A stretch of DNA of 60,561 nucleotides, filler included. It is 7 parts of 7 records of this genome, joined end to end, with 100 filler letters (N's around TTAATTAATTAA, not from the genome) between each part and the next. Parts side by side here need not be neighbours in the genome. Positions count along the whole stretch, not along the records: positions 42,382 to 51,342 come from SRR31156797_32398; positions 51,443 to 60,561 come from SRR31156797_32408; 5 more parts are not named here. One strand, given 5' to 3'. A model generated the notes under the pieces. The model saw only the letters and a list, made by a program, of their open reading frames with translations. It was not told the origin of the DNA and ran no database searches. Shown here in pieces: positions 47,038 through 57,454 of this stretch. The translations under genes were made by a program, and so were the position numbers. Numbering within the stretch: the stretch's first letter is position 1; the number at the start of each line of letters is the position of its first letter.

Positions 47038-48375
47038 ATGAAGTTTTTCAACAAAATATCTTCCAAATTTAACCAAAGTGAATTCTTCCGAAATATTGCA
47101 TCGCTTTTTACAGGAATGTTTATTGCACGCATTGTTCCGTTTGTATTTGCGCTGGTAATAGCACGTTTATACGCCCCGGAAGAGTTTGGTGATTTTATTC
47201 TTTTTCTAACCATTGCCTCGGTTCTTTCTATAATCTCAACCGGGAAATTCGAAAAAGCAATAATACTGGTTGATACCCCGGATGATAAAAAGCAAATAGG
47301 AAGCTTTGCCCAGAAAATTAATTCCGGCGTAAACATTTTGGCGATGCTTATTGCTGTCTTAATTATCTTTTTTCTAAATCTTCCGATCCACCAAAAAATA
47401 AATCTCCTGTTGGTTCCGCTATATTCTTATTTTTTTAGTGCTATTCAACTTATCCGAAACATTTACATTAGCAAGAAACAGTTTAACCAACTTTCGGTGT
47501 TAGAGGTTAGCAGAGCTGTTTTAACCGGAGTTTTACAATGCGCCTTTTTTATGTTTCCGTCTACCGGTTTATTTTTAGGAGCAGTTGCTGCCCAGTTTCT
47601 TACCTTTATTATCTTTTCTATTAAAGTTAAAGAAGCCAGTATGTTTTGTTTCGGAAAGTTTAATTTCGACGAAAAGAAGTTGGCACAACGTTACATCAAA
47701 TTTCCGAAATACTCCATTGTTTCAGAAGCTATGAATTTTGTAAGCAGCCAGCTACCCGTGTTTTTATTCAAACCATTTTTTGGAAGTCAGATGCTGGGAT
47801 TGTACTCCTTTTCACACCGTTACATTAGTGTTCCGGTGCAATTACTAAGTATATCCATTTCCAGTGTTTATATACAGAATGCAAAAACACTAATTCAATC
47901 GCCGGCCAATTTAGCTGATTTAACTTTTTCGTTGTTTCGGAAACAGGTGCTTGTTGGCACTCTTCCGTTTCTGGTTCTTGGGCTTTGGGGGCAACAAATT
48001 TTTTCTATTATTTTTGGTAACGACTGGGCCTATTCTGGTTATCTCGCACAAATTATTTCACCCTGGTTGTTTTTAGTTATGCTGGGTTCTCCTCTTTCTG
48101 CTATTCTTATTGTAAAAGAAAAACAAAACATTTCAATGTGGTTTAATATTTTACTTCTTCTTGCAAGAGTAATCAGTTTATTAATTGGCGGATTGGTTTA
48201 TAAAGATGTTGTTTTAACCGTAGCATTGTATAGTTTCTCGGGTTTTGCATTCTTTACCTTTCTAACCATTTATTCATTGCATTTGGCTGGAGTAAAATTA
48301 AAAAATGCCGGATTTTACTTTTTAAAAGTTTTGCTCTTTATTTTACCGGTTGCATTAATTAAAATATGGTTCTAA
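47038..48375 (+). CDS. Polysaccharide flippase (Wzx-like)
   Basis: ARLYAPEEFG, RYIKFPKYS and LGLYS motifs; about 12 TM segments. Confidence 0.82.
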   Translation: MKFFNKISSKFNQSEFFRNIASLFTGMFIARIVPFVFALVIARLYAPEEFGDFILFLTIASVLSIISTGKFEKAIILVDTPDDKKQIGSFAQKINSGVNILAMLIAVLIIFFLNLPIHQKINLLLVPLYSYFFSAIQLIRNIYISKKQFNQLSVLEVSRAVLTGVLQCAFFMFPSTGLFLGAVAAQFLTFIIFSIKVKEASMFCFGKFNFDEKKLAQRYIKFPKYSIVSEAMNFVSSQLPVFLFKPFFGSQMLGLYSFSHRYISVPVQLLSISISSVYIQNAKTLIQSPANLADLTFSLFRKQVLVGTLPFLVLGLWGQQIFSIIFGNDWAYSGYLAQIISPWLFLVMLGSPLSAILIVKEKQNISMWFNILLLLARVISLLIGGLVYKDVVLTVALYSFSGFAFFTFLTIYSLHLAGVKLKNAGFYFLKVLLFILPVALIKIWF

Positions 48376-48377
48376 CA

Positions 48378-49919
48378 ATGCAATACTTAAATAAATACAA
48401 CTGGACTACAAACAACAAACTGTCTGTTGTTGGTTACGCGTGGTTCGAAAAGCAATACCTTGAGAAAAACAATTTTCTTCTTTCAGCACAAAACCGTATT
48501 TCAGATTTTAACCAGTTCCGGAACTTTGTAAAAAAACTGAATGGACAATTTTCAATCATAGTTACCAAAGAGAACGAAGTCTGGGCAACTTGTTGTCATA
48601 CCTGGTCATTCCCCCTTTTTTACAAAAAATCTCAGAATTTTTTTGAAATCAGCGATCAGCCAGAAATACTTCAAAAAAACAAAGAAGATACCAGAATCGG
48701 TTCTTTTGCAGCAGCCTACTTTTTACAGTTTGGCGTTACGCCTCTCAACCAAACTTTAAATGAAACAATTACTCAACTGAAACCAGGTGAAATTGTTTGT
48801 CTGAATAGAGCTGGAGAACTGGTGTTATCTGATATTTCTTTGGAGTTTCCGTTTCAACCAAAGCAATCGGGTACTATCGGCGAAACAGCAAAACATTTAA
48901 CTACAGTCTTCGAAAGATATTATGAACAAATAAAAAACAAGCAGGTTTTACTACCTCTTACCGGAGGTTACGACTCCAGGCTGCTGGCCTGTCTTTTGGC
49001 AGAATTTGGTCACAAAAATGTTTTATGTGCTACCTGGGGAAGAAAGAATAACAAAGAAAAAAGAACAGCACAAAAAGTTGCCAAAAAGCTGGGATTTAAG
49101 TACAATTTTATCGAATACAACGAGGAATTAATCAAAGATTACCTGAACGATAAAACTTTTAAAAACTATATAAAACATGCCGCACACTGGTCCTCGATGC
49201 CTTACCTGCAGGATTATTTTGCCGTAAAACACTTATCTGAAAATAACCATTCAAACAGAAATACAATTGTAATGCCCGGACATCCGGGAGATTTTCTTCG
49301 TGGAGCACACCTTAATCAATCCATTCTGCAGCTTAAAAAAGAAAAACTGGGAGCTGTTCTTTCCAATACGCTTGGCACCTCACTTCTCCAAAACAAAAAG
49401 TTTAAATCCGATTTGCAGGATTACCTCGAACAGCACCTGATGGAACCTAATAACTTTTCGCCCGCGAGAACATACGAAATGTGGGATTTACAGGAGCGAC
49501 AATGTAAATTTATAAGCAACTCAAACCAGGTTTATTCATTTTTTGGAATTGAGGTAAAAATGCCACTCTTTGACAAACAGAATCTATTCTTTTTTCAAAC
49601 TATTGATGCCAACAACCAAAATAGGGAGAAGCTTTACAATAAAACACTGGAAGATTTCTTTTTCAAAAAAATGTCTCTTGGGTTTGACTTAAAAACTACT
49701 CCTAAGCAAAAAATATCGAGTTGGGAAGGATGGAAAAACAGAATTATCAGTTTGGCACCTCATGGTTTAAAAACTCACTATTACCCTATGGAAGATGGTA
49801 TTTTTTACCGTGAAATCACCCAACAACTTCAGAAAAACTTAAAAGTGAAACACCCACTTAAACCACATTTCTTTAATGCCTATATTGTACAATGGTATCT
49901 CCATTTTCTCAACAAATAA
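48378..49919 (+). CDS. Asparagine synthase-related protein
   Basis: LNGQFS, LPLTGGYDSR (PP-loop) and GHPGDFLRG motifs. Confidence 0.72.
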   Translation: MQYLNKYNWTTNNKLSVVGYAWFEKQYLEKNNFLLSAQNRISDFNQFRNFVKKLNGQFSIIVTKENEVWATCCHTWSFPLFYKKSQNFFEISDQPEILQKNKEDTRIGSFAAAYFLQFGVTPLNQTLNETITQLKPGEIVCLNRAGELVLSDISLEFPFQPKQSGTIGETAKHLTTVFERYYEQIKNKQVLLPLTGGYDSRLLACLLAEFGHKNVLCATWGRKNNKEKRTAQKVAKKLGFKYNFIEYNEELIKDYLNDKTFKNYIKHAAHWSSMPYLQDYFAVKHLSENNHSNRNTIVMPGHPGDFLRGAHLNQSILQLKKEKLGAVLSNTLGTSLLQNKKFKSDLQDYLEQHLMEPNNFSPARTYEMWDLQERQCKFISNSNQVYSFFGIEVKMPLFDKQNLFFFQTIDANNQNREKLYNKTLEDFFFKKMSLGFDLKTTPKQKISSWEGWKNRIISLAPHGLKTHYYPMEDGIFYREITQQLQKNLKVKHPLKPHFFNAYIVQWYLHFLNK

Positions 49920-49981
49920 TTTGGAATATAGCTAAGTTCTCTTCATTTCATTTTTAGTTATATTTGTTAAAAACGAAAAAC

Positions 49982-51118
49982 ATGATCCCATTAAAAGGCT
50001 GGGCCCGCAATACCCTTTTTATCATTGGACTACTTTTTATCATCTTCCTGATATGGTATTTCAGCTCCATCGTAACTTACATCCTTATATCCGTTGTACT
50101 TTCTTTTCTTGGCCGACCACTGGTTCGTTGGCTAATGAGGATTAAATATAAAAGGTTTAGTATTCCGAAGGGGCTTGCCGCTTTTATTACCCTTTTTACG
50201 CTTTGGGTTGTATTCATCTCGTTTTTTCGGTTTATGATACCGCTATTAATCAGCGAGGTAGAAACCCTTTCACAGATTGACTTTACCTTGGTTTTGAACT
50301 CAATAGAAGAACCTCTATTAAATTTAATGCAGCTTTTTAGTAAAGATCCGGTGGCTATCGAATCGCAGAATTTTCTCGATATCGTTACAGAGAATCTTGG
50401 AGCTCAAATTGATTTTTCGCAGGTCTCAAACTGGTTTGGCCTAATTGCCGGAACCATCGGAGAACTATTGATCGCTTTTTTCTCAGTTTCATTCATCACC
50501 TTTTTCTTTCTGAAAGATGAAACCATGTTTCGTAAGTTTATCATACTACTCGTCCCTACCCGCTTTGAAAATAATGCATCGCATATTTTAGATTCAGTAT
50601 CGTATTTGTTACGCCGATACTTTATCGGGCTATTGTTTGAAGTTTTTATGGTGATGTTACTCGACACCATTGGATTAACAATTATTGGTATTGAGTTTGA
50701 ACATGCCGTAGTAATTGGTCTTTTTTGTGGAATGTTTAATGTAATTCCTTACCTGGGGCCCTGGATGGGAGCAGCACTTGGCTTGTTAATTGGGGCCGCA
50801 ATACACATTAACCTGGACTTTATGAGTGAAGTTCTGCCAACAATGGGTTGGATGACTCTTGTTTTCCTGTCGGTACAAATTATCGACAACGTGTTATTTC
50901 AGCCACTAATTTATTCCAGCAGTGTAAAGGCTCACCCTCTGGAAATTTTCCTTGTAATTATGGCAGCAGGAAGTATGGCAGGAATCGTCGGAATGATTCT
51001 GGCAATTCCAGTCTATACCATAATAAGAGTGATTGGTAATGAGTTTTTCGATAACATGAAAATAGTGCGAAAAATTACGGAGAATCTCGACCAGGAAGAA
51101 TCTCAAAAACAAGAATAA
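49982..51118 (+). CDS. AI-2E family transporter
   Basis: FNVIPYLGP, QIIDN..FQP and HPLEI...GMILAIP motifs; TATATTTG -7 element at 49959-49966 supports the ATG 49982 start. Confidence 0.88.
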   Translation: MIPLKGWARNTLFIIGLLFIIFLIWYFSSIVTYILISVVLSFLGRPLVRWLMRIKYKRFSIPKGLAAFITLFTLWVVFISFFRFMIPLLISEVETLSQIDFTLVLNSIEEPLLNLMQLFSKDPVAIESQNFLDIVTENLGAQIDFSQVSNWFGLIAGTIGELLIAFFSVSFITFFFLKDETMFRKFIILLVPTRFENNASHILDSVSYLLRRYFIGLLFEVFMVMLLDTIGLTIIGIEFEHAVVIGLFCGMFNVIPYLGPWMGAALGLLIGAAIHINLDFMSEVLPTMGWMTLVFLSVQIIDNVLFQPLIYSSSVKAHPLEIFLVIMAAGSMAGIVGMILAIPVYTIIRVIGNEFFDNMKIVRKITENLDQEESQKQE

Positions 51119-51342
51119 ATCCTTTATCAAGAATAAAGATTGATTTATTTCAAATGATAAACATAATCAATTAAAATCGCCGAACATAAAATATCCCCGT
51201 ACGTAAAAAACCAACACTATATCAAACATTAAGGTCTTTTTATTGTTAATAGATTAATTAGATTACAGGCCTTTATTTATTACTAAACTTAATAGAATGA
51301 GAGAACTCTTATTTGAGGGAAGTTTTATAAGAAATAAACCAT

Positions 51343-51442
51343 NNNNNNNNNNNNNNNNNNNNNNNNNNNNNNNNNNNNNNNNNNNNTTAATTAATTAANN
51401 NNNNNNNNNNNNNNNNNNNNNNNNNNNNNNNNNNNNNNNNNN
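51343..51442. other. Artificial contig spacer
   Basis: N-run with TTAATTAATTAA. Confidence 0.98.
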
Positions 51443-51669
51443 CTGACCCCATCGATACGAGCGAAGCAAATTCAGCCTGCGTCTTCCTGCATCGATGCCT
51501 ATACCGCCGCCTGACCCTGATTACAATTAAACCGCAGCCATCCTTAGGTACGACAGCCTGTCCCCTTAAGGAAGTCTCCCCGCCCTGATATACAAGCTAT
51601 AAACGCGCTCATGACACCATTCCTGGGACGACTGGCATATAAACGGGATTTTAAAATCGGCCGACTCCC

Positions 51670-52515
51670 TTACTGCAGCCCGAACAAAGTTGCGGCGTTA
51701 TTTCCGAGGACCTGTTGTTTTTCGGCTTCCGGCAGCCCGGACTCGTCAAGGTCCTTGAAATAGCGGGCCGGTTTCAAAAGCGGATAGTCGCTGCCCAGGA
51801 GCACCCTGGGAAGAACGCCGGTGACATGGGCCACCCGGTACACGGCAGGATCGTAGAGGAACGGGGAGGCTGCGGTATCGAACCAGATGTTCTTCAGCAC
51901 CTCCTTTGTCTCCCGCTTCATGAGGTTATAAAAAATGATACCGCCCCCCCAGTGGGCCAGCACGATATTGTTTTCAGGAAAGCGCTCGGCAAGGGCGTAG
52001 ATCTGCTCCAGGGTCACCATCGTCTTGCCGGGATAGTAGTGCCCCACAGGCTCGTTGGTGTGGATCATCACCGGCATATTACCCCAGGCCCTGCAGATCT
52101 CCATGATGGGTTCCAGGCGATCCAGGGCAAGCTCATCGATGCCGGAAAGGTAAAAGGCAAGCTCCCCCACCCCGGAAAGCCCTGCATCCAGACAGCGTTC
52201 CGTCTCTCCGGCAGCCCCCTTCCAGGAAAGATCGAAACAGGCCAGTCCCTTCAACCTGCCGGGATAGTTCCTCACCGACTCGATGATATAGTCGTTGTTG
52301 AGCTGGACAAGCTCCGGATCCTTCCAGGGAAAACCGAACACCACCGAGACATCCACCCCCTGGTCATCCATGGTGCGGATCAACTCATCGGCCCCCACCA
52401 GCCTGGATTTGGGGGATTCGTAGAGCAGTTTGAAGGCCGGCTCTCGTGCGCAGCACTCGTTGCGTTGGGAGCAGATGGTCTCAGGAAAAATATGCGTATG
52501 ACAATCGATGATCAC
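51670..52515 (-). CDS. Amidohydrolase_2 family metallohydrolase
   Basis: IDCHTH, GVGE, IH, LAHWGGG and GSDYP motifs. Confidence 0.85.
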   Translation of the reverse strand: MIIDCHTHIFPETICSQRNECCAREPAFKLLYESPKSRLVGADELIRTMDDQGVDVSVVFGFPWKDPELVQLNNDYIIESVRNYPGRLKGLACFDLSWKGAAGETERCLDAGLSGVGELAFYLSGIDELALDRLEPIMEICRAWGNMPVMIHTNEPVGHYYPGKTMVTLEQIYALAERFPENNIVLAHWGGGIIFYNLMKRETKEVLKNIWFDTAASPFLYDPAVYRVAHVTGVLPRVLLGSDYPLLKPARYFKDLDESGLPEAEKQQVLGNNAATLFGLQ

Positions 52516-52629
52516 TTTAACACCTCCGTCTTGAACCGTTTCCGCTTAGGGTTTCAACCATCAAATAGATATTGATAATTTAATTCCCTTTACATATAAT
52601 ATTCCTTTTTTGCAAACAAGGGATTGTTT

Positions 52630-53295
52630 ATGACCATGAAATACTATCCAGTGAACCTTGATATCAATGACAGGGACTGCCTGGTCGTTGGCGGCGGCAA
52701 AGTCGGGGTCAGAAAAGCCAGGACCCTTGCCCGGTGCGGCGCCAGGGTCACGGTGGTAAGCCAGGCGTTTGACCCGGCGCTTCGGGAATCCTGCCCCGGC
52801 GCCATCAGCCTGAAAGAAAAGGCGTACCAGAGCCAGGATCTTGACGGCATGTTTCTCGTCATCGGGGCAACGGACAGCAGGGAGCTCAACCTGGCCATTG
52901 CCAGGGACGCCCGGGAGCAAGGCGTCCTGTTCAACGGGGCCGACCTGCCCGAACAGAGCAATTTCATCGTGCCCGCCGTGGTCAACCGGGGAGACCTCAC
53001 CATTGCGGTCTCCACATCGGGCAACAGCCCGGCCTTTGCAAGGAGAATCAAGCAGGACCTGGAACAACAATTTGGGCCGGAATACCAGGCGTTTCTCTCC
53101 CTCATGGGTAAAATCAGAACCCGGCTCCTGGCCCAGGGCCACGCCCCGGACGAGCACCGGCGGATTTTCAGGAAACTCATCAACGGAGAGTTGTTCGACC
53201 TGGTGAAGGAAAGCGACCACGAACAGATAGACCATCTCCTTGTTGACCTCCTTGGCAAGGAATACCGGAATTTTTTCCAGAAAGGAGACCTATGA
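52630..53295 (+). CDS. Precorrin-2 dehydrogenase/sirohydrochlorin ferrochelatase (SirC/CysG N-terminal type)
   Basis: YYPVNL, VVGGGKVG.RK and AVSTSGNSP motifs. Confidence 0.9.
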   Translation: MTMKYYPVNLDINDRDCLVVGGGKVGVRKARTLARCGARVTVVSQAFDPALRESCPGAISLKEKAYQSQDLDGMFLVIGATDSRELNLAIARDAREQGVLFNGADLPEQSNFIVPAVVNRGDLTIAVSTSGNSPAFARRIKQDLEQQFGPEYQAFLSLMGKIRTRLLAQGHAPDEHRRIFRKLINGELFDLVKESDHEQIDHLLVDLLGKEYRNFFQKGDL

Positions 53296-54128
53296 CACTG
53301 GCCAGCAGCGAACATGCCCTGTTCATCATCACCACTGCCATCTATCTTATGAGCACGGCAGGCTACACCCTGTACCTGATTATTCAAAAAGAGAAATTCC
53401 AGCACGCGGCCTTTGGACTCATGTGCCTGGGCGCCCTGGTCCACGCCGTGACCACGGGCCTCAACACCTGGGGCATGGGCACCCTGCCGGTTCACAATCT
53501 CCACCAGAACCTATCCATTGCCGCCCTGGTCCTTGCCGTGGCCTTCATCGTCCTGAAATTCAAGTTCAACCTGAAGATCCTGGGCATCTTCACCGCCCCC
53601 CTGGTACTGATCATGATGACGGCGGCCGTGGTTCTCCCGGAAAGCCAGCCGGTGGTCGAATCGACCCTCAAGGGCTTCTGGCTCGTCTCCCACATCATCC
53701 TGATTTTTGCAGGAGAGGCCGCCCTGGCCCTGGCCTGCGGGGCTGCCATGCTCTATCTTCTCCAGGAGCGGGCGATCAAAGAGAAGAAGCGGGGCTTTTT
53801 TTACAAGCGCCTGCCCTCCCTGGACCTATTGGACTCAACCAGTTACTCATGTTTGATCACGGGATTCACCATGCTCACCATGGGCCTGATCACAGGTCTT
53901 GTCTATGCCAAGTCGGTCTGGGGTAGGTTCTGGGACTGGGACCCCAAGGAGATCTGGTCGGCCGTGACCTGGCTGGTCTACGCCGCCATCCTCCACGGCC
54001 GTCTCACCTCGGGCTGGAGGGGCCGACGCTCCGCCATCATGACCATTGTCGGATTTGCCGTTCTCGTCTTCACCTTTCTCGGAGTTAATCTCCTCATCGG
54101 TGGGCATCATCAAGTTTTTACAAAATAG
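53292..54128 (+). CDS. ccsA: Cytochrome c biogenesis CcsA / HemX-like membrane protein
   Basis: WGRFWDWDPKE (WWD domain), conserved His residues, multiple TM segments. Confidence 0.85.
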   Translation: MTLASSEHALFIITTAIYLMSTAGYTLYLIIQKEKFQHAAFGLMCLGALVHAVTTGLNTWGMGTLPVHNLHQNLSIAALVLAVAFIVLKFKFNLKILGIFTAPLVLIMMTAAVVLPESQPVVESTLKGFWLVSHIILIFAGEAALALACGAAMLYLLQERAIKEKKRGFFYKRLPSLDLLDSTSYSCLITGFTMLTMGLITGLVYAKSVWGRFWDWDPKEIWSAVTWLVYAAILHGRLTSGWRGRRSAIMTIVGFAVLVFTFLGVNLLIGGHHQVFTK

Positions 54129-54139
54129 TTAGGAACCGC

Positions 54140-55426
54140 ATGCCAGAAATCATCCTCATTGGACTCAACCATAAAACAGCGCCCGTAGAGCTGAGGGAGT
54201 GCCTCTCGTTCACAACCGACCAGTCCCGGGACGCCCTTGAAACACTTCAAACGCAAGCATCCGTCAAGGAGGCCCTGATCTTCTCCACCTGCAACCGGAT
54301 GGAAATCCTGTTTGTACCGGCTAACGGGACCGCCACCGATTCGGTGATCCGGTTCCTCTCGGAGAGTAAGGATATTCCGGAGGCGGACTTCAAGGATTCC
54401 CTCTATATTTATGAAGGCGATGACGCCGTAAAGCACCTGTTCAGGGTTGCGTCAAGCCTGGACTCCATGATCGTGGGCGAGCCCCAGATCCTGGGCCAGG
54501 TCAAAAAGGCCTATAAACACACGGTTGCCAACAATGGCTCGGGCGCCATCCTCAACCGGCTCATGCACAAGGCATTCAGCATTGCCAAGCGGGTCAGAAA
54601 AGAGACCGGCATCGGAGACAACGCGGTTTCCATCTCCTATGCCGCGGTTGAGCTTGCCAACAAGATCTTCAGCGATCTTGGCAAACGGAGCGTCATGCTC
54701 ATCGGCGCCGGCGAGATGGCGGAACTTGCCGTGGAACACCTGATCTCAAACGGCGTACAGACAATCATCGTGGCAAACCGTACCTTTGCCAACGCCGTGA
54801 CCCTGGCTGAGAGATTCAATGGCCAGGCCGTGAAATTCGAGGAGATGGAGGCCTATCTCAAGGATGTGGACATCATTATCAGCTCCACCGGCGCCACCGA
54901 GTTTGTGCTGACCCAAAAACAGGTGAAAGATGCCATGGGCCATCGAAAGAACCGCCCCCTCTTCTTCATCGACATTGCCGTCCCAAGGGACCTGGATCCC
55001 GCCATCAACCGGCTCAGCAACGCCTACCTTTATGATATCGACGACCTTCAGAACCTTGTGAACGACAACCTTGAAGAGAGGCATCGTGAGGCACTCAAGG
55101 GGGAGCGGCTGGTGGAAGAGGCAGTGATCAAATTCCGCTGGTGGCTCGACAGCCTTGCCGTGGTCCCCACCATCAAGGGCATCAAGGAGAAGCTGGAGTG
55201 CATTGCCGATGCGGAAACAGACAAGACCCTTTCAAAATTGAACTCCCTCTCCCCGGAGGAGGCCGACGCCGTCAAAAGGATGACCAGGGCCATTGCGCGA
55301 AAAATCATGCACGACCCCATCCTCTTTCTCAAAAACACGGGTGACCACCGGGACGACACCCATTATCTAAGCGTGGCCAGACACCTGTTCAACCTGGATG
55401 CGGCATTGGAAGGAAAAAAGGAGTAG
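54140..55426 (+). CDS. hemA: Glutamyl-tRNA reductase
   Basis: GLNHKTAPVELRE, STCNR, SLDSMIVGEPQILGQ, GAGEM and DIAVPRD motifs. Confidence 0.96.
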   Translation: MPEIILIGLNHKTAPVELRECLSFTTDQSRDALETLQTQASVKEALIFSTCNRMEILFVPANGTATDSVIRFLSESKDIPEADFKDSLYIYEGDDAVKHLFRVASSLDSMIVGEPQILGQVKKAYKHTVANNGSGAILNRLMHKAFSIAKRVRKETGIGDNAVSISYAAVELANKIFSDLGKRSVMLIGAGEMAELAVEHLISNGVQTIIVANRTFANAVTLAERFNGQAVKFEEMEAYLKDVDIIISSTGATEFVLTQKQVKDAMGHRKNRPLFFIDIAVPRDLDPAINRLSNAYLYDIDDLQNLVNDNLEERHREALKGERLVEEAVIKFRWWLDSLAVVPTIKGIKEKLECIADAETDKTLSKLNSLSPEEADAVKRMTRAIARKIMHDPILFLKNTGDHRDDTHYLSVARHLFNLDAALEGKKE

Positions 55427-55436
55427 TTTTTTACAC

Positions 55437-55466
55437 TTTACATTAAAGAAGGAATCAGAGTATAAT
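55437..55466 (+). promoter_or_regulatory. sigma70-like promoter of dksA-rnc
   Basis: TTTACA-N18-TATAAT. Confidence 0.45.
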
Positions 55467-55516
55467 AATCAACTTAAATTTTGATCAGAAGTAACCCAAA
55501 GCAAAGGATGAAGAAA

Positions 55517-55879
55517 ATGAACGATAAAGACCTGAGTTTTTTTAAGAATCTTTTAGCTGACCGACTTAATGACCTGCTCTCCCATGCCGACAACACCGTG
55601 ACCGGCATGACCGTCCCAAAAGAGAACTTTGCAGATCCAACTGATCGGGCCTCCCATGAGGCGAACCGTAACTTCGAACTTAGAATCAGGGACAGGGAAC
55701 ACAAACTGATCAAAAAGGTTAAGAAGGCTATAAAACGAATCGAAGACGGGACCTTTGGCCTGTGCGAATCCTGCGGCGAGGATATTTCCATCGCAAGGCT
55801 CAAGGCACGGCCCGTCACAACCCAGTGTATCGACTGCAAAACAAGGGAGGAAGTCCTTGAGAAAGCCCTTGGCATATAA
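55517..55879 (+). CDS. dksA: RNA polymerase-binding protein DksA
   Basis: DPTDRA (DxxDxA), RIRDRE, and C4 zinc finger CESC...CIDC. Confidence 0.92.
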   Translation: MNDKDLSFFKNLLADRLNDLLSHADNTVTGMTVPKENFADPTDRASHEANRNFELRIRDREHKLIKKVKKAIKRIEDGTFGLCESCGEDISIARLKARPVTTQCIDCKTREEVLEKALGI

Positions 55880-55891
55880 CAGGAAACCTAA

Positions 55892-57454
55892 TTGATAGAT
55901 CTTCATATTCACTCCACCGCGTCAGACGGATCGTTCTCCCCCGGGGAGATCGTGAAAACGGCAGTAGATACAGGCATAAACGCCATTGCCATCACAGACC
56001 ACGACACGACAGACGGCGTGCGCCTGGTCATTGAAGCGGGGGTTCCCCAATCCCTGGAACTGATAACGGGCATCGAGATCAGCGCCCATCCCATGCCTGG
56101 GTTTGAAAGCAACGGCAGCTTCCATATCCTGGGATACGGCTTCAGCATCTACGACAGGCAGCTGAACCTCGCCCTTGAACGGCTCAAGCAGGCCAGGGCG
56201 GATCGAAACCCCAGGATCATCCAAAAGCTCAACGGGCTCGGCTGTGATCTCACCCTTGACGAGGTGGAAGCGCTCTGCGGCCCGGGCCAGACCGGACGGC
56301 CCCACATCGCCCAGGCCATGGTGAAGCGCGGGTTTGTCGACTCCTTTGACCAGGCCTTTGACCAATTTCTTGCCACGGGCAAGCCCGCCTATGTGGACAA
56401 GGACCGGCTCACCTGCCAGGAGGCCATCGACCTCATCCTCAACGCCGGCGGGATGCCTGTCCTGGCCCATCCCGGACTCATCGACCTGGGTGACAACACC
56501 TCCATCAAGCCCCTTGTGAACAAGCTTGTCAAAATGGGTCTCAGGGGACTCGAGGTCTACTACACCGATCATTCGGAAAAACAGACCGCCTACTTTGCCG
56601 ACCTTGCCCGCCAGTTCGACCTACTCGCAACGGGCGGATCGGATTTCCACGGCAGCATGAAACAGGGGGTCGTCATGGGAACGGGTGCCGGCGATCTCTA
56701 TGTTGACGACGCGCTTTACCAGGAACTTGTCAAGGATGTGGACAACCTGAGAGAAGCCTTTCCAAGGCTCGAACTTCTCGAGGAGAACCTGGGCCACAGG
56801 TTCAAGGACAGATCCCTTCTCGACAATGCCCTCCGCCACAGCTCCTATGTCAACGAACTCCAGGATAAGACGGTTGCCGACAACCAGCGCCTTGAATTCA
56901 TGGGAGACGCGGTACTGGGCCTCACCATCGGCCAGATGCTCATGGAGAAATACCCGGATATACACGAAGGAAGCCTTTCCAAGGCAAGGGCAAGCCTTGT
57001 GAGCGAAGCCGGGCTCGCCTGCATGGCCCGCCAGATCGACCTTGGCCGGTTCATCCTCCTTGGCAAGGGAGAAAGAATCTCCCGGGGCTCTGAAAAAAGC
57101 TCCATCCTTGCCGACGCGTTTGAGGCGGTGATGGCCGCCATCTACCTTGATGCGGGATTCGACGCGACCTACACCCTGGTCAAAAGTCACTTCAGCGCCA
57201 AGGTTGAACACATCAACTCTACGCCGGAAATCGAGGATTTCAAAAGCATGCTCCAGGAGTATGTCCAGGAAAAGGGAAACAAGGCGCCCAGCTACAACAT
57301 CCGAAAAGAGTCCGGGCCGGACCATGACAAGACCTTTGCAATCGCGGTCCATGTCGGCGACATCGAATCCCTTGGATGTGGAAAAAGCAAAAAGGCGGCG
57401 GAACAGGATGCCGCCCGGAACGCCCTGAAAAGTCTCAAAGCACGCAACCGTTGA
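55892..57454 (+). CDS. rnc: PHP-domain / ribonuclease III fusion
   Basis: N-terminal PHP (IDLHIHSTASDG, ITDHD, GRPH, LAHP, GGSDFHG), then RNase III (NQRLEFMGDAVL, ADAFEA) and dsRBD (KSMLQE, GPDHDK, SKKAAEQDAA), all in one frame. Confidence 0.92.
   Translation: MIDLHIHSTASDGSFSPGEIVKTAVDTGINAIAITDHDTTDGVRLVIEAGVPQSLELITGIEISAHPMPGFESNGSFHILGYGFSIYDRQLNLALERLKQARADRNPRIIQKLNGLGCDLTLDEVEALCGPGQTGRPHIAQAMVKRGFVDSFDQAFDQFLATGKPAYVDKDRLTCQEAIDLILNAGGMPVLAHPGLIDLGDNTSIKPLVNKLVKMGLRGLEVYYTDHSEKQTAYFADLARQFDLLATGGSDFHGSMKQGVVMGTGAGDLYVDDALYQELVKDVDNLREAFPRLELLEENLGHRFKDRSLLDNALRHSSYVNELQDKTVADNQRLEFMGDAVLGLTIGQMLMEKYPDIHEGSLSKARASLVSEAGLACMARQIDLGRFILLGKGERISRGSEKSSILADAFEAVMAAIYLDAGFDATYTLVKSHFSAKVEHINSTPEIEDFKSMLQEYVQEKGNKAPSYNIRKESGPDHDKTFAIAVHVGDIESLGCGKSKKAAEQDAARNALKSLKARNR

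Noticed and set aside
48378-49919. Asparagine synthetase AsnB
   Set aside because: It lacks the N-terminal catalytic Cys and sits beside a flippase; more likely an ordinary polysaccharide-modifying homolog.
7839-51442. Recurring TTAATTAATTAA within N-runs, and apparent neighbourhoods across them
   Set aside because: Artificial all-frame-stop linkers joining contigs from different organisms; cross-spacer synteny is meaningless.
51443-51669. Possible ncRNA in the non-coding contig start
   Set aside because: No recognisable tRNA, riboswitch or other family motif by eye; an Rfam/Infernal search would be needed.
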